The notes under the pieces are model-generated. The model saw only the letters and a list, made by a program, of their open reading frames with translations. It had not been told where the DNA came from and did not search any database. This document shows, in pieces, positions 55,763-64,000 of a stretch of 64,000 bases of DNA. The stretch is from the human T2T-CHM13v2.0 reference genome, Homo sapiens. The DNA is taken from the NCBI RefSeq assembly GCF_009914755.1, contig NC_060929.1, one strand, 5' to 3'. The translations under genes were made by a program, and so were the position numbers. Within the stretch, counting starts at the first letter, position 1, and each line of letters starts with the position of its first letter.

Positions 55763-56327
55763 TGATGAGGTTCAAGACACATCACCCCAATATATGAGTG
55801 TACTGGACTAGAATATATCACCCCAAAATATGCTCCTTTAGCATAAGGATTATGTTGATCTAATTATTTTAAGAAACAGCAGACCTAGGAGAAGCTCTGA
55901 AAACAAGAGTAGAAATTACACTTTTGTAAGGAAAATTTGCATTTACAAAGGAAATCTCCAATTTAAGGGTGTTTTCCTCTCTGCACCAGGAAGAGAAGGA
56001 TGACTGTACATCATTATACATGCCTACCAATGGAGAAGACACTGACTTAAATCTGCATAACAAACCTAATGCTGTTTTATGGTGTTTTGCCTGGCCATCT
56101 TGGCAAAGCTGGACCTTCCCCACCCCGCTCCCTTTTTTTTGTTTCGGTAGATGGAATTCAAACCACCTCTTAGAGAATTACTCATTTTCCCTGTGTATCT
56201 CCCGTGGTATAAATGAGACATACATGTTTGTTTTTCTGTGGTTAATCTGTCTTTTGTTATAGGAATTTTAGTTGTATCAGCTAAAAATCATGAAAAGTAG
56301 AAAAAAAATTATTTTTTCTCTGCTACA
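55763..56327 (+). mobile_element. ERV1 (MER4/MER34-group) solo LTR
   Basis: tgatgaggttcaagacacatcacccc...ttaatctgtcttttgttatagg...ttctctgctaca. Confidence 0.7.
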
Positions 56328-56356
56328 TTAGACATGCAATAAATATGTGTGTTTGA

Positions 56357-57264
<908 letters not shown>

Positions 57265-57489
57265 ATGTTTGAATCTGCTTAACACAACATTTTTAGACGG
57301 ACCTCTTTTGATGTTCCTAAATCAGGCTGTTAAGGACTATCTTCCATGGGAAAAGGTGACTTAAGAGTGGCAATCACTGATACAGTAAAGTTCTGCTTTG
57401 CTGCTTTGCAAAACTTTGCTTTATTCTCATTTTCTGGGGGGGATGTATCCTAAGCCTTAGGCAAGAATTACTTAAATTTAAAATTACAC

Positions 57490-58420
57490 TTAGGTACATG
57501 AATATTCATAGCAGCATTAGCCATAATAGTAAAAAACTGGAAACAACCCAAATGTCCATCAATTGATAAACGGGTAAATAAAATGTGGCATATCAATGCA
57601 ATCAAATATTGCTCAGGAACAAAAGGAATGAAGTACTGATACATGCTGCAACATGTATGAACCTTGAAAATATTATGCTAAGTAAAAGAAGAAAGTCACA
57701 AAGGACCACATATTATATAATTCAATTTATATAAAATGTCCAGAATAGACAAACCCACAGAGACAGAAAGTAGATTGTGGTTGCCTAGGAACATGCAGAG
57801 AAGGAGGGATACTGGGATTGGGATTTGTGTTAGTCTGTTTTGCATTACTATAAAGGAATACCTAAGGCTGAGTAGTTTGTAAAGAAGAGAGGTTTATTTA
57901 GCTCACAGTTCTGCGGCTGTTCAGGAAGCACGGTGTCAGCATCCGCTCTGCTTCTGGTGAGGCCTCAGGGAGCTTACAGTTATGGTGGAATGCAAAGAGG
58001 GAGCTGGCATATCATATGGCAAGAGAGGAAGTGAGAGAGAGGGGAGAGGCCCCAGGCTCCTTTAAACAATTAGCTGTCACGTAAACTAATAGAGCAAGAA
58101 CTCACTCATCACCAAGAGGATGGCTCAAGCCATTCATGAGGGTTCCACTCCCATGACCCAAACAGCTCTCATCAGGTCCCACTTCCAACATTGGGGATCA
58201 AATTTCAACATGAGATTTGGAGGGACAAATATGCAAACCATATCAGGTGTTGATGGTGAAGGGGTGCTGTGTTTCTTTCTGGGGTATTGAAAATATTCCA
58301 GAATTTATTGTGGTGATGGGAGCACAACTCTGTAAGTGTATAAAACCTGTTGAATTAGACACCTTAAAAGAGTCACTTGTAGAGTATGTGAACTATACCT
58401 CATTACAGCTGTTAGAAAAA
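57490..58420 (+). mobile_element. L1MB-type 3' end interrupted by an antisense MST LTR (57826-58245)
   Basis: ggaaacaacccaaatgtccatcaa...; LTR tgtgttagtctgttttgcattactataaagg...caaaccatatca. Confidence 0.85.
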
Positions 58421-58577
58421 TGTATACCTTGGTGGTCAAATTGTAGTAGCTAGTGGTGGCTTCAGTTTGCGGAGTTAGAAGAGTAAAGTCAAATATGAGG
58501 GTTTTTATATTTTGGGTAACTTTTTCATTACCTAAAAGTGAAATTTTCTCTTTTTGTGGATCTTAGGTGGAATGTAA

Positions 58578-59230
58578 TGTAAGGGAGAAAACCTTTCTCT
58601 CTACCCTCTTAAGGTTTGATCATTGAGTCTGGGAAGTAAATAGACAGTAGATAGATTAACAGGAAAAAACAATTTTAATTATGTGCATAGGCATGGGAAT
58701 CTCACAAAAGATGAGACTCAAAGAAGGGCTAGATGATTAAAGTTTATATAGCATCCTGAGCTACAGAAAGGAATTGGGGCTTGGAGCTTAATTTGGGGGT
58801 GGGGCATGACACAAATTATGGGAGGGAAAGGAGAGGAAATGCATGGTGAATAAAAGTTGTCTTGTTATGCAGATAAACAGTCTCCAGAGTAATAAAGGTT
58901 GTCTTGGAGCACCCCTCAGAACAGGTGATAGTTTGTGATAATGTCTGGGCTTGGCAATTACCTTCAGTCTGTTCTCCTCCTGTGATACAGTTAATTTTTC
59001 CTAATTAATGAGATTCCTGGGGAGGAAACTCATGACAATTGAGTGCCTTTTTGGAAGATCTATCTTTAGGCAGACGAGGCAAGTTCAGAGACCACCCTTC
59101 CCTGTGCTTTTGAAACAGGGGTGAGAGACAGCAGGGCAGAAGTTCAGGGAGGCTTTTTGGTTCTCCCTTAGTTCAAAGCACTCTGCATGAAAGCCCCAAA
59201 CTTTGGGGTATCATTTTCAGAGCCCCAACA
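58578..59230 (-). mobile_element. ERV1 solo LTR (MER34/MER39-like)
   Basis: TG...CA ends; 4-bp TSD GTAA; end ctttggggtatcattttcagagccccaaca resembles the 47481-48100 element. Confidence 0.78.
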
Positions 59231-60026
59231 GTAAACTTACAAATTTGCCTATTTGTGTAGACTTGCCTCTTGAGGGTCAGTAGTCAGTATTTTTCTTACT
59301 CAGTGAAATTTCAAAATTTACAGAATTGAAATCACTCGGACTTAAATTTTAAAATGTACTTGTGTAAAGAAGATACATATAGTAAAATCCTTTGAAAGCA
59401 GACATTGAATCTTTCTGAAAAATGATAGGACATTTGCAGTTTTTATGTGATGATCTAGTTAAATCCATTTGATTTCTTCCCCCTGTTCTGCCTTCTCTTA
59501 CTGTCCATTCCTCTTCTGGTAGAAAGAGTTGACTGCCTGTGTACAGGTGGCAGAGTTGTTTTCTGTTCATCAGAGTCAGTAGTAGTAAAATTCAGTTGCT
59601 GGATTAGCCAAGTGTGCTCTGAATTCTGACCTCTTCAATACAATAACATTTTGCATGACTAAGTCTGTACAGTTTGTTCCAAAACATTACCCTGCAAAGC
59701 AGTCTGCAAAGCAGCTTGATCCATGCTTGGACAGCCATCCCCAGCTTGGTCCTCCAGGTTTGTGGACAAGGATCTGGGACACTGAGGGCTTGTAGAGAGT
59801 AGATATGGATTGGATTAAGCACAAATGGCAACCCTAGACTACACAGGAAAGTCGTAGTCGGCCACACCTTGGGCTTCCTATGACAGCAGCATATCAGTGC
59901 TAACGAGCCAGGGCTTGCAAGCCAAGGCACACCAATGCATTTGCAAACTCCAGAGTCACCATAAGAAAGTCATTTATTCCAACGCTTGTAGAGAGAGGCT
60001 GCTTGTCTCTAACAGTATATGTGCAG

Positions 60027-60428
60027 TGTTGAAAGTAAATCTTTAGATAAGTTAAATTTAACCAAATTTAATTGAGCGAAGAATGACTTGTCAATAGGGC
60101 AGCTCTCAGAACCAGCAGAAGTTGAGAGAACTCTGCTCCCCGATATGGGCTGACAGCAAATGAACAGAAAATGGAAGTGAGGTACAGAGACAGCTTGGTT
60201 GGTTACAGCTAGGTGTTTGCTTTATTTGAGCATGGTCTGATCAGTTGGTAACCTATAATTGATTGGAGGTTTGCTGCTGTGTTTTACTGCTGAGGCTCAG
60301 CTATTAGCTACAAAAATATATTAAATTAGCTTTCAGTCAGTTCATACCAAGTTAGGTTGCATGCAGTTCATTACATAGGGACTCAAGGTATGGAGTCAGC
60401 CTCAGATCAAGTTTAGATTAATTAAACA
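60027..60428 (-). mobile_element. ERV1-class solo LTR, subfamily uncertain
   Basis: tgttgaaa...ttaaaca termini; acagaaaatggaagtgaggtacagagacagcttggttggttacagc motif typical of MER31/MER67-type LTRs. Confidence 0.6.
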
Positions 60429-60752
60429 GTGGAGAGAGGGCAGATGTCAGTTTCAGAATCATGGCTGATTGGAAAATGTTTTCCCTTTCTGGACTTTTTG
60501 GGTAGGGAGACCTTTCCTTCTCAGATCCTCCAAAAGGCCTTCCTATCTCCACCAACAACAACTCCAAGAAATGTCTTTTTATTTTTAAATACATGCTCAG
60601 AGAATACAGAGAATCCAAAAGAAGGAATTAAAAAAAAGTAACAAACTAAGACATAGTCATTGTCACTACTTTGGTATATGTTAATGCTATCTAACAGAAG
60701 TAGAAGGTGAATGACAAATATGAGTCATATATTTAATTAAAAAATTTAATGT

Positions 60753-60885
60753 AGCCAGGTGCAGTGCTCTTGCCCATAATCCCAGCACTTTGGGAGGCCA
60801 AGACGGGAGGACTGCTTGAGCCTAGGAGGTCAAGACCAACCTGAGCAACATAGTGAGAACCCCCAGCTCTACAAAACAAAAATAC
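60753..60885 (+). mobile_element. Alu monomer (FLAM-like)
   Basis: Left-monomer sequence with short A-rich end. Confidence 0.85.
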
Positions 60886-60947
60886 TGTACTCCCATTAAA
60901 AAAGGTTTAAAAAGGTGAAATTAATGTTAATAATACTTTAAACTTGA

Positions 60948-61289
<342 letters not shown>

Positions 61290-62899
61290 ACTTAAAAATT
61301 ATTAATAGGATATTTTACATTCTTTCATACTATCTTTGTTTTTTATTATTTTATTTTATTTTAGAGACAGGGTCACCCAGGTCGGAGTATACTGGTGTGA
61401 TGATAGCTCACTGCAGCTCGGACCTCTCAGGCTTAAGCAATCCTCCAGCCTCGGCCTCCCAAGTAGCTAGGACAACAGATGTGCACCACCATGCTGGGCT
61501 AATTGTTTTGTTTTTTGTAGAGACAGGGTCTATATGTTGTCCGGCCTCTTTCATATTGTCTTTGAGACCCAGAGTGTATTTTGCATGTACAGCACATCCC
61601 GCCATGTTTCCAACTGAGGTGCTCAATAGCTGTGGCTGGCGCCTATTGTACTGACCAGCACAGATGGATATTGTTGTGAATCTTTACCCCAAATTTGGTT
61701 CAGATGCTATACCAAAGGAGGGCACACCCAGGCTTTCTGAGCAGCTTGCCCAGGTGTGGGTGTGGTGCAGAGAGGTAAGAGAGAGAGGCAAGGCTTAAAA
61801 GCTGTCCACAGTTACACATCAAAAAAAAGGAGTCAGACTCTATATATACATTATATTAATATTTATATCTATCTATCTATCCATCCCTATATCAGACCTC
61901 AAGGAAATATATTCAAAACTACATGTTGAAAAAATTAAGCAGAGAGAAGTAGATGGGAAGGTACTAAAAATGCAAGACTTAGCAAAAGAAGGCTGTATAT
62001 ATACAGCAAAAGGGGACACACAACAACCCCTCCCACTAGCAAATGCAGCCCAATCATTGCCCCTAAAACAGAACCTTGCACTTGCTTCTCCTTTCCTGAA
62101 ATGCGCCTCCTGCCCCAAGGCACACAGCTTCTCCCTCACTTCTTTCTGTTCTCTGTTCAAATCTCACCACACCTACCTCTTCTGAGGGGCTTTCCTTGTT
62201 CATGCTATCTAAATTAGAGGTTCCTCTGCCCCTGTGATTCTTAATGTTACTGCAAAGCAGCTACCACTTAAAGAATTTGTAGTCTATCTCCCCTGAATAA
62301 ACTGGAAGCTCAAAACGGGGGAGTTCAGGTCTGTTTTGTCTGCTGGTTTGGCCCCAGAATTTAGAAAAGAGGCCGGCACACAGTAGATTCTCAGTAAAAT
62401 AGTGTTGAGTGAATGGTTGCTTAGGAGAAGGAAACAGGGAGGGTACTTGGAAAAAAGGAGCAAGAAGGCCACCATTGGTGAGAATAAGTGTTTTATAAAA
62501 CACAGGTTATGGTTTTCCTTCTTTAAGAAAAGTAGTTTTGTTTTCAAGTGCCAAGAATAACATTAGGCTACTAAGGATTTCTGGACTGCTTTGGGGTTTG
62601 TTTTAATGAATAGATGGAAATTACATCTATTTAGCATTAATTTTTATGTGTAAGTGGGTACACCCGAATTGAATAAAAGCAGTTCTCTTGAATAATTAAA
62701 ACATCCTCTTCACCCTGCAAAGCATTTAGCACACTCCTCTCCCAAAAATTCTATTAATGGCAACTAAAATCATAAGGTTTAAATGCAAAATAAAGAAGGC
62801 ATTTTTCTTTATGGTGGCACAGAAGTGAATACCTCAAAACCGGGCAGACCCGAGAGTCAGATACCAAGGGTTCTGTGGAGTCAACATGATGGTCTCTGA

Positions 62900-63730
62900 T
62901 AACATCAAAAGTTAGGAATGTTTTACTAAAAAGAATATAGGAAGAATAAAGAATTCTTGTTTACAGTAGAATTCAAACTAATAAACATAGAAAGAAGGAT
63001 AGAAATAGAAAATCACCATTAGGCGAAATTACTGTTGCTTGCAAGCAAGTATCATCTACGTATGACAAAATCTGTTGGTAGAAGTATGATGAGAAAAAGG
63101 GTACTAACATAGTCTTAAAGGGTCTCTCCACAAGATATATTAATTCCAAAAGAAAAAAAGAGTACTACAGGGGAGAACACTGGTGGACAGACACAACCTA
63201 AACAAAGTGATCAAAGTTAATTTCACCAGTACTGAGAGACATTGATTTCATGCCCCTCCTGACGAGATTCACTGAGAAGGGCACAGTATTACTGCTGTAG
63301 GATGCTTGACAAAAATGTAGAACCCAAATTTAATCATGAAGAAACATGAGACAAATGTCACTTGAGGGACATTTTACAAAATAACTGCTCCTAGCTCTTC
63401 AAATGTGTCAAGGTAATGCGTGGTTAAGGAAGACCAAGGAACCTTCCCAGACTTGAGGTGATTATAGGGCATGAAACTAAATTCAGTGTTGTGTCTTAGA
63501 TTGTATCCTGGACGAGGAAAAGCACATTGGTGGAAAAATTAGCAAAATTTGAATAAGGTCTATCTATTAGGTAGTAGTATTGATCAATGTTAATTTTACT
63601 GTTTTGGATAACTATACCAAGTTTATGTTAACATTAGAGAAACCCGGTGATAGTAATATGGGACTTCTGTGAACTATTTTGGCCATATTTTTCTAATTCT
63701 GAAATTAATTCAGAATGAAAAGTTGAAAAG
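62900..63730 (+). mobile_element. Old L1MC/ME-type 3' end
   Basis: aaagtgatcaaagttaa...gggacattttacaaaataactg...ttttctaattctgaaattaattc; boundaries approximate. Confidence 0.7.
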
Positions 63731-64000
63731 AAAGTATCTTTAGTTGGCAATCTTCTGGGAATTTGAACAGGAACTGCCAAAATGGGAGTCAGGAGACCCA
63801 GGCTCAAGTTTGAGCCCTGGCATTAATCCTGGTGTTTGGGCACGGCACCAAACTCTGTCCTTCTGTTTTGTCATCTATAAAACTGTGTTCTGCAGAATTT
63901 AGGAGTGTTGAGAAGAGGCCTTAGGGCTCTCAGTGGTGAATAGGGGACAGGGAATGAGTGGGTGTGAGGCTCCAGCCAGAGCAGCTCTGCTTTTGCCTAC

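Noticed and set aside
62820-62910. Possible box C/D snoRNA (atgatg...ctga)
   Set aside because: Boxes are only a few nucleotides apart, there is no terminal stem, and it is not in a host intron.

Overview
Primate (almost certainly human) genomic DNA, rich in Alu, L1 and LTR elements. The window holds one complete protein-coding gene, UBLCP1, on the + strand. It has a CpG-island/ETS promoter near 17.5-18.0 kb, a non-coding exon 1, and ten coding exons from 23405 to 39421. These splice with GT-AG ends into a 957-nt ORF (318 aa: N-terminal ubiquitin-like domain plus an FCP1/HAD phosphatase domain with DVDYT). The 3'UTR runs to about 40.5 kb. From memory, not from this sequence, this is the RNF145-UBLCP1-IL12B region of chr5q33.3, with IL12B just past the right edge. 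The first ~1.6 kb is the 3' part of an old, heavily diverged, intronless CTAGE5/MIA2 retrocopy whose 3'UTR segment appears to be triplicated. The rest is mostly transposon-derived: two full-length THE1 proviruses, a three-piece rearranged L1PA, an LTR10 with an AP-1 tandem array inside an Alu, many solo LTRs and DNA transposons. I see no evidence for a wholly new multi-gene biological system. The leads worth following are evolutionary and regulatory: a possible lost CTAGE retrogene, unusual retrotransposition scars, UBLCP1 5'UTR control elements and a candidate LTR10 enhancer. Repeat subfamily names and reference-protein comparisons come from recall of consensus sequences and need RepeatMasker/BLAST confirmation.
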